Shown: positions 8,192-18,072, numbered from the stretch's first letter. The stretch: 64,000 bases of DNA from an uncultured Anaerolineales bacterium (GCA_964480865.1 CAYZRP010000008.1:9080-73079), one strand, 5' to 3'. Notes: generated by a model from the sequence alone, not told the origin. Translations and numbers: made by a program.

Positions 8192-9367
8192 ATGCACAAA
8201 CGGGCTCCGACCCTGATCCTCAGCTTCACGTTGCTTGTGGTGATGCTGGGCTACGGCCTGGTCATGCCGATCATGCCGTTCTATATCGAGCACTTCGGCG
8301 CGGGCGGCGCCGAGCTCGGCTGGATGATGTCGACCTATGCCCTGATGCAGCTGGTGTGCGCGCCAGTCTGGGGGCGTCTCTCCGACCGCCACGGACGTAA
8401 GCCGATCCTGGCCATCGGGGTCGCGGGCTATGCGCTCAGCCTGTTGTTCTTCGGACTGGCGACGGAGTTCTGGATGTTGTTCCTGGCGCGCACTCTGTCG
8501 GGCGTGCTCTCCTCGGCGACGATGCCGACAGCCATGGCCTACATCGCCGACTGCCTTCCGGAAGAGGAACGCGGCGGCGGGATGGGCCAGCTGGGGGCCG
8601 CCATGGGCGTTGGCGTCGTGGTTGGCCCTGTGCTCGGAGGATATCTGTCGACGGAGTCGCTGGCCTTGCCCTTCTTTGTCGGATCAGCGCTCGCGGTATT
8701 GGCCTTCGTGTTCGTTATCGTCGCCCTCCCCGGCCTACCACGGCGGAGTCCGCCCGCGCCCGCCGCTCGCGATCGGCTCAGCCTCGCGACCGTCGGCGGG
8801 TTGCTGCGCAGCCCGCTCGGGGCTGCACTGATCCTGATCCTCATCGTGAGCCTGGGGCTGACCAGCTTCCAGGGGATCGCGGGGCTCTACGTCATCGATC
8901 GCTTCGGGTTCGACACACGCGAGGTCGGGAACATGTGGATGGTGATGGGCCTGGCCATGGTGGTCGTCCAGGGCGGGCTGACGGGCCCGCTCACCCGCCG
9001 GCTGGGCGAAGCAGCCCTGATCCGGATCGGATTGGCCGGCGGCGCTGCCGGGTTCATCGCGATGGCGCTGGCGGTGGATGGGGCCACGACCCTCCTGGCG
9101 CTGCTGCTCTTCACCAGCGCACTGGCCCCGGTCGGGCCGGCCCTGAACGCACACGTGTCGACCCTGGCCGGCGAGCGTCAGGGCGCCGTGATGGGCCTGA
9201 ACAGCGCGGCCACCAGCCTCGGGCGTGTGATTGGGCCGCTCTATGCCGGTTATCTCTACGACGTGAACATCGGCCTGCCCTTCCTCAGCGGCGCGCTGAC
9301 GCTGGGTCTGGGGTTGGGGTTCAGCCTGCTATCCGGAAGGGCCGTCGCGCCCAAACCCGGTCAATAA
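8192..9367 (+). CDS. MFS transporter (DHA1 drug:H+ antiporter-like)
   Basis: 391 aa with about 12 predicted TM segments. MFS motif A-like GRLSDRHGRKP. Only 21 nt downstream of the RPH-like gene. Confidence 0.85.
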   Translation: MHKRAPTLILSFTLLVVMLGYGLVMPIMPFYIEHFGAGGAELGWMMSTYALMQLVCAPVWGRLSDRHGRKPILAIGVAGYALSLLFFGLATEFWMLFLARTLSGVLSSATMPTAMAYIADCLPEEERGGGMGQLGAAMGVGVVVGPVLGGYLSTESLALPFFVGSALAVLAFVFVIVALPGLPRRSPPAPAARDRLSLATVGGLLRSPLGAALILILIVSLGLTSFQGIAGLYVIDRFGFDTREVGNMWMVMGLAMVVVQGGLTGPLTRRLGEAALIRIGLAGGAAGFIAMALAVDGATTLLALLLFTSALAPVGPALNAHVSTLAGERQGAVMGLNSAATSLGRVIGPLYAGYLYDVNIGLPFLSGALTLGLGLGFSLLSGRAVAPKPGQ

Positions 9368-9495
9368 CCCCCATATATTGGCAACCCGCCTCGGATCTTG
9401 CTATACCTGGACAGGGCCCGGTCGTCAATCGGTCGTATCGGGACTCTGCGATCCACGATTTTCGCGGGAACGCGCCAGCGCCCTGACTCTCCGAC

Positions 9496-9523
9496 TTGCA
9501 ATCGTTGGCTATGCGCATATAAT
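9496..9523 (+). promoter_or_regulatory. Putative sigma70-type promoter for smc (TTGCAA-16-TATAAT)
   Basis: -35 at 9496..9501 and -10 at 9518..9523, about 75 nt upstream of the smc ATG. Confidence 0.45.
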
Positions 9524-9600
9524 CGCGCTCTGTGTGTTGCGCGTTGTGCGACGCGAATGATGTCAAGTTGCCCAGATAGAGAGAGCAGGTTAGCCCGGAT

Positions 9601-12600
9601 ATGCCGCTGCGCCTCAAACATCTCGAACTCAACGGATACAAGTCCTTCGCCTCGAAGGCCGACTTCATGTTCAGCGAGGGCATCTCGGCCATCGTCGGAC
9701 CGAACGGCTCGGGCAAGTCGAACGTCGTCGACGGCATCCGCTGGGTGCTCGGCGAGCAGTCGTACTCGCTCCTGCGCGGCAAGAAGACCGAGGACATGAT
9801 CTTCGCCGGCTCGGATAAGCGCGCCCGCGCCGGCATGGCCCAGGTCACGCTCACCTTCGACAACTCCGACGGCTGGCTGCCGATCGAGTTCTCCGAAGTC
9901 GCTGTCTCACGTCGTGCCCACCGCGACGGCTCAAACGACTACCTGCTCAACGGCCAAAAGGTCCGGCTCAAGGACATCCACGAGCTCCTCGCCCGCTGCG
10001 GCCTGGCCGAACGCACCTACACGATCATCGGCCAGGGCCTGATCGACAATGCCCTGGCCCTCAAGGCCGAGGAGCGCCGCGCCCTCTTCGAAGAAGCCGC
10101 TGGCATCGGACTGTACCGCGATCGCCGTGAAGACTCGCTGCGCAAGCTCGACGCCACGCAGCGCAATCTTGACCGCGTCCTCGACATCCTCGAGGAGATC
10201 CGCCCGCGGCTGGCCTCGCTCGAACGCCAGGCCAAACGCGCCCGCGACTATCACGTCGTCAAGCGCGAGCTCGACTCTGTGCTGCGCGTCTGGTACGGCT
10301 ATCACTGGCGCCGCGCCCTGGCTGCCGTCGACACCGCCGTCGCCGCCGCCGCTCAGGCCGAGGCCGAGTTGTCCGCGCATCAGGCCCGCCAGGCCGAGTT
10401 CGACGTCCAGGTCGGCGGGCTGCGCGCCCGCGCCCAGGAGTTGCGCCGCGCGCTCACCGACACCCGCGGCGAACTCGACACCGCCCGGGCCGAACGGGAG
10501 TCGCTCGCTCGCGAGTTGGCCGTCGCCGAGGAGCGCGCCCGCTCGCTGGCCGCGCAGCGCGACGCCGCTCAGGCCGAGCTCCCCGCCCTGCAGGCCGAGC
10601 TTGTTGAACAGACCGCGGCCCTCAACGCCGCGCGTGAGGAACTGACCCGCGTCGAGGTCGAGATCGCCCAGGCCCGCAACGACCTCGCCACCGCCGAGGC
10701 CGTCGTCCACAGCGGCGAGTCGGCCCGCGAGACTCTGATCAAACGTGAGCAACAGGCCCGCGCCGTACTGGCCAGCGCCGACCACGAACTCGTGGCGCTG
10801 CGTGCCCGCGCCGGACATCTGCGCGAGCGCCGTCAGGCGCTGAGCGAAACTCATGAGGCTGCCCGCGCCGAGGTCGAGCGCCTGCTCGCTGATGAAGCGA
10901 CTGCCCGCGTCCGTGTGGCCGAGCTGGCCCAGGTCTTCACCGCCCGCCAACAGGCGCGCGTCGCGGCCGAGACGGCCCTGGCCGAGGCTCAAGCCGCGCT
11001 CCGCTCCGCCGAGGCCGCCCAGCTCGCCGCCGCACAGGACGTGATGCGCGCGCATGGTGAGCTCGATCGCCTGCAGGCCCGCCAGGAACTGATGCAGCAG
11101 GCCCGTGCCGAGTTGGCCGGTTTCGCAGCTGGCGCTCGCGCGCTCAAAGCCGCTGAGTTCCCGACCCACGGCGTACTCGGCGACATGGTCGAAGTGCCCG
11201 CCGAATACGAGGCTGCGATCAGCGCCGCGCTCGGCGGCTACGCCGAAGGCCTTGTCGTCGACGATCATCATCACGCCGAAGAGGGCCTGAACGCCCTCGG
11301 CAGCGAACGCGGCCGCGCCGCCCTCCTGCCGATCCGGTCACTCAACGGCACCCACAAGGTCACGGCCCCGAACGCCGACGGCGTGCTGGGCGTGGCCGTG
11401 GACCTGCTGGCCGATCCCGGCCCGCTACGCCCGCTGCTGACCTCGGTCCTTGGCAACACCGTCGTCGTCCGCGACCGCGACGTGGCACGCTCGGTCCTCG
11501 AGGCCGTGCCTTACTACGCAACGGTTGTCACGCTTTCGGGCGAGCTCTTCCACGCGGCTGGCCCGGTCGTCGGTGGCCGTGACGGCGCGCCGAGCGCGCT
11601 CGAAGCCGCCCGCGTACGCCGCGACCTGACCGCCGAGATCGCGTTCTCTGCCGAGGCGTTGTCCTCGGCAGAGGCGCGCTCCACCCAGGCGGTGACCGAG
11701 GTCGCGAACGCCAACGCCGCGCTCAAAGCCGCGCATCAGGCGCTGCGCGAGGCTCAGGACACCGAGCGCCGCGCCGCCGTCACGCGCGACTCGGCCGCGT
11801 TGGACGCCGAGCGCGCTGCCCAGGCCGCTCAGACGCGCCGCCGCGCGCTCGACCAGGCTCTTCAAGAAGCCCAACAACTGACTGCATCGATCGACGCGGC
11901 CGAGACCCAGATCGAGACACAGACCCAGGTGCGCGATGCGGCTCAGGCCGCCAGCGAGGCCGCCGGTCGCGACCTGGCCGGCTTCAAGGCCGAGGACGCC
12001 GGCGCGGCCCTGGCGCGCGCCCGGGCCGCCGCCGCCATCGCCGAGCAGAGCGTGGCCAACGCCCGCGAACGCGCTGCAGATCGGGCGCGCGCCCACGGGG
12101 CCGCCGAGCGCGTCGTGGCCGAACGAGTCGGCCGTTTCGAACGCGCCGAGGCCGAGATCGCCCAGCGCGCCGAAGCCGACGCCGCGGCCCGCGTCCGCGT
12201 GACCGAGCTCGACGACATCATCGCTCGAGCAGCCGCCGCGCTCGAACCGCTGGCCGCTGAACTGTCGACGCTCGAAGGCGACCAGACCCGGCTGGAGGCC
12301 GGCGACGCCGAGTCGCGCGGCACACTCCACGCCGCCGAGAAACACAACACCGACGCCCAACTCGAAGCCGCCCGCAAACAGGCCGAGCTCGACAACCTGC
12401 GCCTGCGCATCGAAGAGGACTTCGGGCTGGTGGAGCTCGAATACACCGACGCCAGCACTGGCCCGACGCCCCTGCCCTTCGAGGCCCTTGTCGACCGGTT
12501 CGAGGCGCTCGACGAACTTCCCGAGGGCATCGAGGAACAGGTCAATCGTCGTCGCAACCAGATGCGCCGGATGGGCGCGATCAACCCCGATGCCGAGCGC

Positions 12601-13221
12601 GAATACACGGAAGTGCGCGACCGCCACGACTTCCTCACCACCCAGGTCGGCGACCTGCAGTCGGCCCAGGCTCAGTTGCGCGACGTGATCACCGAGATGG
12701 ACGGGATCATGGAGCGCGAGTTCAAGAAGACGCTCGAGGAAGTCGGTGGGCACTTCACCCACATCTTCGCCCAGCTCTTCGGCGGCGGTTCGGCCAGGCT
12801 CATGCTGACAGATCCGCTCAACCCGAACACCAGCGGCGTCGACATCTCGTGCAAGCTGCCCGGCAAGAAACCCCAGGGCCTTTCGATGCTCTCGGGCGGC
12901 GAACGCTCGCTGACGGCCTGCGCGCTGGTGTTCGCCCTGCTCAAGGTCTCGCCGACGCCCTTCTGCGTCCTCGATGAAGTCGACGCCATGCTCGATGAGG
13001 CCAACGTCGGCCGCTACCGCGACATGCTCAACGAACTGGCCCAGACGACGCAGTTCATCATCGTCACCCACAACCGCAACACGGTTCAGGTGGCCGACAC
13101 GGTCTACGGCATCACCATGGGTGTCGACTCGGCCAGCCAGATGATCAGCCTCAAGCTCGACGGCGAGCGCATCGCGCAAGCCGGCGAGCGCCGGCCCGAA
13201 TTCGCAGCCATGGCGGCCTGA
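9601..13221 (+). CDS. smc: Chromosome segregation protein SMC
   Basis: 1206 aa. Walker A GPNGSGKSN, long Ala/Glu/Arg-rich coiled coils, a central hinge (GVLGDMVEVPAEYEAAISAALG), signature LSGGERSLTA and Walker B FCVLDEVDAMLD. Confidence 0.95.
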   Translation: MPLRLKHLELNGYKSFASKADFMFSEGISAIVGPNGSGKSNVVDGIRWVLGEQSYSLLRGKKTEDMIFAGSDKRARAGMAQVTLTFDNSDGWLPIEFSEVAVSRRAHRDGSNDYLLNGQKVRLKDIHELLARCGLAERTYTIIGQGLIDNALALKAEERRALFEEAAGIGLYRDRREDSLRKLDATQRNLDRVLDILEEIRPRLASLERQAKRARDYHVVKRELDSVLRVWYGYHWRRALAAVDTAVAAAAQAEAELSAHQARQAEFDVQVGGLRARAQELRRALTDTRGELDTARAERESLARELAVAEERARSLAAQRDAAQAELPALQAELVEQTAALNAAREELTRVEVEIAQARNDLATAEAVVHSGESARETLIKREQQARAVLASADHELVALRARAGHLRERRQALSETHEAARAEVERLLADEATARVRVAELAQVFTARQQARVAAETALAEAQAALRSAEAAQLAAAQDVMRAHGELDRLQARQELMQQARAELAGFAAGARALKAAEFPTHGVLGDMVEVPAEYEAAISAALGGYAEGLVVDDHHHAEEGLNALGSERGRAALLPIRSLNGTHKVTAPNADGVLGVAVDLLADPGPLRPLLTSVLGNTVVVRDRDVARSVLEAVPYYATVVTLSGELFHAAGPVVGGRDGAPSALEAARVRRDLTAEIAFSAEALSSAEARSTQAVTEVANANAALKAAHQALREAQDTERRAAVTRDSAALDAERAAQAAQTRRRALDQALQEAQQLTASIDAAETQIETQTQVRDAAQAASEAAGRDLAGFKAEDAGAALARARAAAAIAEQSVANARERAADRARAHGAAERVVAERVGRFERAEAEIAQRAEADAAARVRVTELDDIIARAAAALEPLAAELSTLEGDQTRLEAGDAESRGTLHAAEKHNTDAQLEAARKQAELDNLRLRIEEDFGLVELEYTDASTGPTPLPFEALVDRFEALDELPEGIEEQVNRRRNQMRRMGAINPDAEREYTEVRDRHDFLTTQVGDLQSAQAQLRDVITEMDGIMEREFKKTLEEVGGHFTHIFAQLFGGGSARLMLTDPLNPNTSGVDISCKLPGKKPQGLSMLSGGERSLTACALVFALLKVSPTPFCVLDEVDAMLDEANVGRYRDMLNELAQTTQFIIVTHNRNTVQVADTVYGITMGVDSASQMISLKLDGERIAQAGERRPEFAAMAA

Positions 13222-13226
13222 TCCTG

Positions 13227-13281
13227 ACCCACAACAAAAGAGCCCGACGTGCCAGGCACGTCGGGCTCTTTTGTTGTGGGT
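13227..13281. terminator. Bidirectional intrinsic terminator between smc and mtnA
   Basis: Perfect 25-bp-arm palindrome ACCCACAACAAAAGAGCCCGACGTG-ccagg-CACGTCGGGCTCTTTTGTTGTGGGT, with U-rich tracts in both orientations. Confidence 0.8.
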
Positions 13282-14348
13282 CAACCCCGCACGAGCGGCG
13301 CCAGAGTCTCCGAAAACGGCGGGCGCGCGATGCCGTGCTCGGTGATGATGGCCGTGATCAGGTCGTGGTCGGTGACGTCGAAAGCCGGGTTGTACGCGGC
13401 CACGTTGTCGGGCGCCATCGGCCGCTCATACCACATGCGCTTCAGCTCATCGGGCTGGCGCAGCTCGATCGGGATCGCAGAGCCATCCGGGCAAGCCAGA
13501 TCGACGGTCGAGGTCGGGGCGCAGATGTAGAACGGGATGTTGAAACGCTTCGCCAGGATCGCGACACCCAGCGTCCCGATCTTGTTGGCCGAGTCGCCGT
13601 TGGCGGCCACGCGGTCGCAGCCGACCAGGACGGCCTGCACCCAGCCGTTCTTCATCACCGTGGCGGCCATGCTGTCGGTGATCAGGGTGACGTCGATGCC
13701 CGCCTGGCTCAACTCATAGACGGTCAGGCGCGCGCCCTGGAGGAGCGGCCGGGTCTCATCGGCGAAGACCTTGAAGCCATAGCCACGCTCATGGCCGAGG
13801 TACATGGCCGCCGTGGCCGTGCCGTACTTCGACGTCGCCAGCTGGCCGGCGTTGCAGTGCGTGAGCAGGCCGTCGCCGGGCTTGAGGAGGCTCAGCGCGT
13901 GCTCGCCGATGGCACGGTTGGTGCGCATGTCGATGGCCTTGATCTCGTGGGCTTCAGCGATCAGGGCACGCTTGACCTCAACCACGCTGGCGCCCGGCAG
14001 CGCGTCCAGACAATGCTGCATCCGATCCAGCGCCCAGAACAGGTTGACGGCCGTCGGGCGCGAGGAGGCCAGGTGCGCCCGGGTTGCCGCGAACGCAGCG
14101 CGAAACCCATCGAGATCCGCGTCGGGGAAGTCGTGCAGCACCGCGCACAGTCCGTAGGCGGCAGCGATGCCGATCGCCGGCGCCCCGCGAACGCGCAGCG
14201 CGTGGATGGCCTCCCAGATCGCGTCAACGTTGCGCAGTCGCAGCATCACGGTCTCGCCCGGTAATCGAGTCTGGTCGATCAGCACGAGCTCGCCGGTGTG
14301 CTCGTCGTAGTCCACGGTTTCGATCTGCAGGATATTGGGTGTGCTCAC
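13281..14348 (-). CDS. mtnA: S-methyl-5-thioribose-1-phosphate isomerase
   Basis: 355 aa, eIF-2B-related family. Matching segments: LRVRGAPAIGIAAAYG, RPTAVNLFWAL and VLVGCDRVAANGDSANKIGT. Confidence 0.9.
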   Translation of the reverse strand: MSTPNILQIETVDYDEHTGELVLIDQTRLPGETVMLRLRNVDAIWEAIHALRVRGAPAIGIAAAYGLCAVLHDFPDADLDGFRAAFAATRAHLASSRPTAVNLFWALDRMQHCLDALPGASVVEVKRALIAEAHEIKAIDMRTNRAIGEHALSLLKPGDGLLTHCNAGQLATSKYGTATAAMYLGHERGYGFKVFADETRPLLQGARLTVYELSQAGIDVTLITDSMAATVMKNGWVQAVLVGCDRVAANGDSANKIGTLGVAILAKRFNIPFYICAPTSTVDLACPDGSAIPIELRQPDELKRMWYERPMAPDNVAAYNPAFDVTDHDLITAIITEHGIARPPFSETLAPLVRG

Positions 14349-14534
14349 CTTGTGTCTCTCCCTTGACCCGGGTAGTATCGCAGATATTGTTCACTCAAGC
14401 CCAACTGGAGTGGGTTGTCGGGTCGGAGTCTGGCGGCTGATTACACGGAGTTCGCCGAGCGGAAGGCTGCATCAGCAATTTGTCCCTCTTCGACAACCAC
14501 GGCCACGACCATTGACCTTGCTGAGGAGATTTCC

Positions 14535-15302
14535 ATGCCTGATATGGATCCATTGCTGTCTGATTTGGTGGCGTTGACATGCCACCTGGGCGAGCCCGAA
14601 CGCGAATACGTGATCATCGGCGAGGGCAACACTTCGGCGCGCATCGATGCCGACACCTATTGGATCAAGGCCAGCGGGCTGCCGCTGGAAGGCATCGGGG
14701 CTGATGGGTTCACGCGGGTCAAAACGCAGGCGATCCTGGATCTGATCGACGGGCCGGATCTCGAGGATGCGGCCATCAAGGCAGCGCTGACGGCCGCCAA
14801 GGTCGACGCCGGTGGGCGCCACCCCTCCATCGAAACGCTCGTGCACGCGCTCGCGATCGCACTGTGCGGAGCCCGGTTCGTGGGTCACACGCACCCCACG
14901 GCTCTCAACGCCATCCTGTGCAGCCGCGACGCACGGGCCGCGCTCAGCGGTCACCTCTGGCCGGAGACGGCGCTGTATCTTGGGCCGGACCCGTTGATCG
15001 TGCCCTACGCCGACCCGGGTGTGCCGTTGGCGCGGGCTGTCAAGCACGAACTCGTCGTTCACCTAGACCGGCACGGCCGCCCGCCGCGGATCTTCTACCT
15101 GCTCAACCACGGCATTTTCGCGCTTGGCACGACGACGACCGAGGTGCGCAACATCACGGCCATGGCCGTCAAGGGCGCCAGAGTGCTTCAGGCCACTTAC
15201 GCGCTGGGCGGCCCGGCTTTCATGACCCAGGCCCAGGTCGACCGCATCTGCACCCGCCCGGACGAAATCGTCCGGCGCAAAGCCGCCAACGCCCAGGACT
15301 GA
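14535..15302 (+). CDS. Class II aldolase/adducin-family protein
   Basis: Motifs GEGNTSARI and FVGHTHPTA (metal-binding His pair). I chose the start at ATG 14535, preceded by GAGGAG; listed ORF 14415 carries a low-complexity N-extension. Confidence 0.75.
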   Translation: MPDMDPLLSDLVALTCHLGEPEREYVIIGEGNTSARIDADTYWIKASGLPLEGIGADGFTRVKTQAILDLIDGPDLEDAAIKAALTAAKVDAGGRHPSIETLVHALAIALCGARFVGHTHPTALNAILCSRDARAALSGHLWPETALYLGPDPLIVPYADPGVPLARAVKHELVVHLDRHGRPPRIFYLLNHGIFALGTTTTEVRNITAMAVKGARVLQATYALGGPAFMTQAQVDRICTRPDEIVRRKAANAQD

Positions 15303-15327
15303 CAGCATCAGGCGTACCAAACGAAAA

Positions 15328-15355
15328 GGCCGCCCGGGCGTTTGCCCGGGCGGCC
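15328..15355. terminator. Bidirectional intrinsic terminator (aldolase / PPIase convergent pair)
   Basis: GGCCGCCCGGGC-gttt-GCCCGGGCGGCC, flanked by AAAA on the 5' side and TTTGTCTTTGTTT on the 3' side. Confidence 0.8.
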
Positions 15356-15387
15356 TTTGTCTTTGTTTGGCTACGTCTTGGCGATCG

Positions 15388-16746
15388 TTACGGCTGAGCC
15401 GTGCCCGTCACCGCTGGGCCAGGCGTCTCAGTCGGGACGACCGGCGCCACCTGCAGATCGAGCGGCACTGTCGGGACCGAGACAACGCGCTCCGACCAGA
15501 TCGGCAGCATCTCGACGAGGGGCGTGCCGTCGTCGCTGATCTTGGCCTGCTGTTCAGAGAGCCAGGTCTGCAGCTGTGCATCGCGCGCCTGCGAGATCTG
15601 GGCAGCCGTCAGCGGGCGCTGGGCACGCTCGAGCACCTGCACGAGGTGCCAGCCGAACTGTGTCTGGAAGGGCTGGCTGACGGTGCCGACCTGTGTTTCG
15701 TAGGCCTTGGCCACGAACGTTGTGTCGAAACCGGAGTAGTTGCCAAACCAGCCCAGGTCGCCGCCCTTGCTGGACGACGCATCCGTGCCGTACTGATCGG
15801 CCAGCATGTCCCAGTCGATGCCGACCTGCAGCATGTCGTACAACTGCTGGGCCGTGGCCTGATCGGCGACGAGGATATGGCGAGCGTGCACCTGCTCCTC
15901 GGTCGTCGGCACTTCGGCGCCCAGGGCCTCATTCAGCTTGGTGCGCAGGATATCGCTCTCGATGAAGTAGCGCAGATCCGCCTCAGACAGCCCGGCGTCG
16001 CGTTTCAGATCGCCCGTAAAACCGGCGACCTGGGTGCCGTAGTCTTCGGTCGACAAAGGCGTCGACGTCGGGAAGGGCGTCTGGGTCGGGAACGGTGTGG
16101 CCGACGGCCCGGCGGTGGCTGTCGCGGTCGGCGTCAGCGTCTGGGTCGGCGTGATCGTCGGCGTCGGCGTCCACCCGGCCACGGTGGTCGGGTTGAGCGT
16201 CGGCGCCACGTAGGTCAGGAACTCGGCCGGGAGATCGGTCGCCGTCGGTGTTTCGGACGGGCGGCCGCCCGGATAGTACCCGAAGTTGTTCTCGAGCCGC
16301 GCCTGGACTTCCTCGGGCGAGGCGGTCAGGCCACGACGCGCGGCCTCCTGGCGGATGAGCTTGTCGTCGATCAGGTTGCTGAGCACCTGTTGGCCGAACG
16401 ACTGCGCATTCGCCGACGACATGCTGTCGACGATCTGTTGCGCCTGCTGTTCGACGTAGACGGCCAGTTCGGGTGACTCGCGCTGCAGGTCACGATAGCG
16501 CCGTAGCGTATCGAGTTGCAGGAAGCGGGTATAGCGGATCGCGCGCTGGAACTCAGACGACGAGATCTGCTCGGTGCCGACCCGCGCCACGGGCTGCGCG
16601 GGCTGGATGACGTTGTAATCGTAAAGCGCCCATCCCAACACCGCCACAAGGGCGACGGCAAAGATGGTGGCTCCGATGATGATGTACCGCTGCGCGATCA
16701 GATCCCGTTCATGGCGCGACAGCGGCCTGCCCGGGACGTTTGTCAT
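15388..16746 (-). CDS. Membrane-anchored parvulin-type peptidyl-prolyl isomerase (PrsA/SurA-like)
   Basis: N-terminal TM helix ([20 protein letters not shown]), a Thr/Pro-rich linker, and a PpiC domain (ARHILV...GGDLGWF...FGWHLVQV). Confidence 0.8.
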   Translation of the reverse strand: MTNVPGRPLSRHERDLIAQRYIIIGATIFAVALVAVLGWALYDYNVIQPAQPVARVGTEQISSSEFQRAIRYTRFLQLDTLRRYRDLQRESPELAVYVEQQAQQIVDSMSSANAQSFGQQVLSNLIDDKLIRQEAARRGLTASPEEVQARLENNFGYYPGGRPSETPTATDLPAEFLTYVAPTLNPTTVAGWTPTPTITPTQTLTPTATATAGPSATPFPTQTPFPTSTPLSTEDYGTQVAGFTGDLKRDAGLSEADLRYFIESDILRTKLNEALGAEVPTTEEQVHARHILVADQATAQQLYDMLQVGIDWDMLADQYGTDASSSKGGDLGWFGNYSGFDTTFVAKAYETQVGTVSQPFQTQFGWHLVQVLERAQRPLTAAQISQARDAQLQTWLSEQQAKISDDGTPLVEMLPIWSERVVSVPTVPLDLQVAPVVPTETPGPAVTGTAQP

Positions 16747-17075
16747 CTGCGATCCATCTCACGATCGAACGGAAGAAGCGCCAGATGGCGCGCGCGCTTA
16801 ACGGCGTTGGCGATCAGTCGCTGATGGCGGGCCGAGATGCCAGTCTGGCGACGCGGGCGGATCTTGCCCTGATCGGTGACGAACTGACGCAGGAACTCGA
16901 TATTCTTGTACGAGATCTGCGACGGGTCGCTGATGTTGATGTGGCGTTGCTCACGCGGGCCGCGGTTCCCGCGGTACCCACCACCACCACCACCGCCACC
17001 ACCGCCCTCTTCACCCTGGCTGGCGCCACCTTCGTCGGACGGGGCGCGTCGTTCGGGAGTTTGATCCTGGTCCAT
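16743..17075 (-). CDS. rpsR: 30S ribosomal protein S18 with a Gly-rich N-terminal extension
   Basis: S18 core [49 protein letters not shown]-terminal [19 protein letters not shown]. Its stop overlaps the PPIase ATG (ATGA). Confidence 0.9.
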   Translation of the reverse strand: MDQDQTPERRAPSDEGGASQGEEGGGGGGGGGGYRGNRGPREQRHINISDPSQISYKNIEFLRQFVTDQGKIRPRRQTGISARHQRLIANAVKRARHLALLPFDREMDRR

Positions 17076-17122
17076 AGTGTGTTCCTCAACAGAGAGTATG
17101 TGTCAATGAAAACCCGTCTGGC

Positions 17123-17530
17123 TCAGAACGGGAACTCCTCCGACTCATCGGCGAAGGGGCCCGTGTCGCCAAACGGTTCCGTCGGGCTGGGACGCTGACG
17201 GTCGCCAAGGATCAGCATGCGATCGGCGACGATCTCGGTGCTGAAGTGCTTGCGGCCTTCCTGATCTTCCCAGCGGCGCGTCTGTAGCCGTCCCTCGATA
17301 TAGGCCTGTTGGCCCTTCACAAGGTATTGCTTGCATGTCTCGGCCAGTTTGCCCCAGGCGATGACGTTGAACCATTCGGTCTCTTCGTGGCGCTCGCCAT
17401 CGGGCGAGCTCCAACTGCGCGATGTCGCCATCGTGAAGGAGGTCACGGCCCGCCCGGATGTCGTGTAGCGCATCTCGGGGTCGCGACCCAGGTTTCCGAT
17501 GATCATCACTTTATTGAGACCGCGGCTCAT
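17123..17530 (-). CDS. ssb: Single-stranded DNA-binding protein
   Basis: OB-fold N-terminus MSRGLNKVMIIGNLGRDPEMRYT and acidic tail ending DESEEFPF. Confidence 0.95.
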   Translation of the reverse strand: MSRGLNKVMIIGNLGRDPEMRYTTSGRAVTSFTMATSRSWSSPDGERHEETEWFNVIAWGKLAETCKQYLVKGQQAYIEGRLQTRRWEDQEGRKHFSTEIVADRMLILGDRQRPSPTEPFGDTGPFADESEEFPF

Positions 17531-17565
17531 AACAATATCTCCTGTCTCAAACGGCCAGACGACGC

Positions 17566-17853
17566 TTATTCGTCTGTGCGAAGCACAGCGAAGCGGAGCA
17601 CCTGCTCGGTAAAGCGCAGGCCGCGTTCGATCTCGGCCGTCGCCTTGGGCTCAAGCTGGGCCAGGATGAAGACGTACTGCCCCTCTGTCTGCTTGCGGAT
17701 GGCATACGCCAGGCGGCGTCGGCCCCACAGATCGATCTTGGTGATGGTGCCACCGGATTGGGTGACCCACCCCTTCGTTTTCTCGATCAAGGCAGTCAGA
17801 GACGGCTCATCCAGGTCTGGCTGAGCCACGAGCGCGATTTCGTATTCTCGCAT
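17566..17853 (-). CDS. rpsF: 30S ribosomal protein S6
   Basis: 95 aa. MREYEIALV...WGRRRLAYAI...GQYVF is a typical S6 sequence, and the rpsF-ssb-rpsR order is conserved. Confidence 0.95.
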   Translation of the reverse strand: MREYEIALVAQPDLDEPSLTALIEKTKGWVTQSGGTITKIDLWGRRRLAYAIRKQTEGQYVFILAQLEPKATAEIERGLRFTEQVLRFAVLRTDE

Positions 17854-17953
17854 CGTGAGCTATTCCTTTCTACGGGATATGCCCCTTTGTGTCGGCGAGC
17901 GCCGGCCTACCGGGAGCAGAAAGCGGGTCGGGCAAGGCGCCCAACGGCTGGGG

Positions 17954-17982
17954 ATTGTAGCCCAGGCGAGCCGGGCGGTCAA
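17954..17982 (-). promoter_or_regulatory. Putative rpsF operon promoter (minus strand, TTGACC-17-TACAAT)
   Basis: Read on the minus strand: -35 at 17977..17982 and -10 at 17954..17959. This leaves a leader of about 95 nt before the rpsF ATG. Confidence 0.45.
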
Positions 17983-18072
17983 GGTACGGGAGACGGCGGA
18001 CGGCGGTGCTGGAGAGCCAAATCTCACGAAATCGCGCGATTATCGCCAGAGTCAAACCGTGATGGGCTGACG

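Noticed and set aside
6908-8392. Very long ORFs antisense to or overlapping real genes. Examples: 6908..8392(-), 11425..13284(-), 24336..25505(-), 52010..53005(-), 55403..56491(-), 18515..19669(+), 58682..59929(+).
   Set aside because: These are typical stop-codon-poor shadow frames of a ~66% GC genome. Their translations are Arg/Ala/Gly/Pro-rich with no motifs, and each overlaps a gene with clear family signatures.
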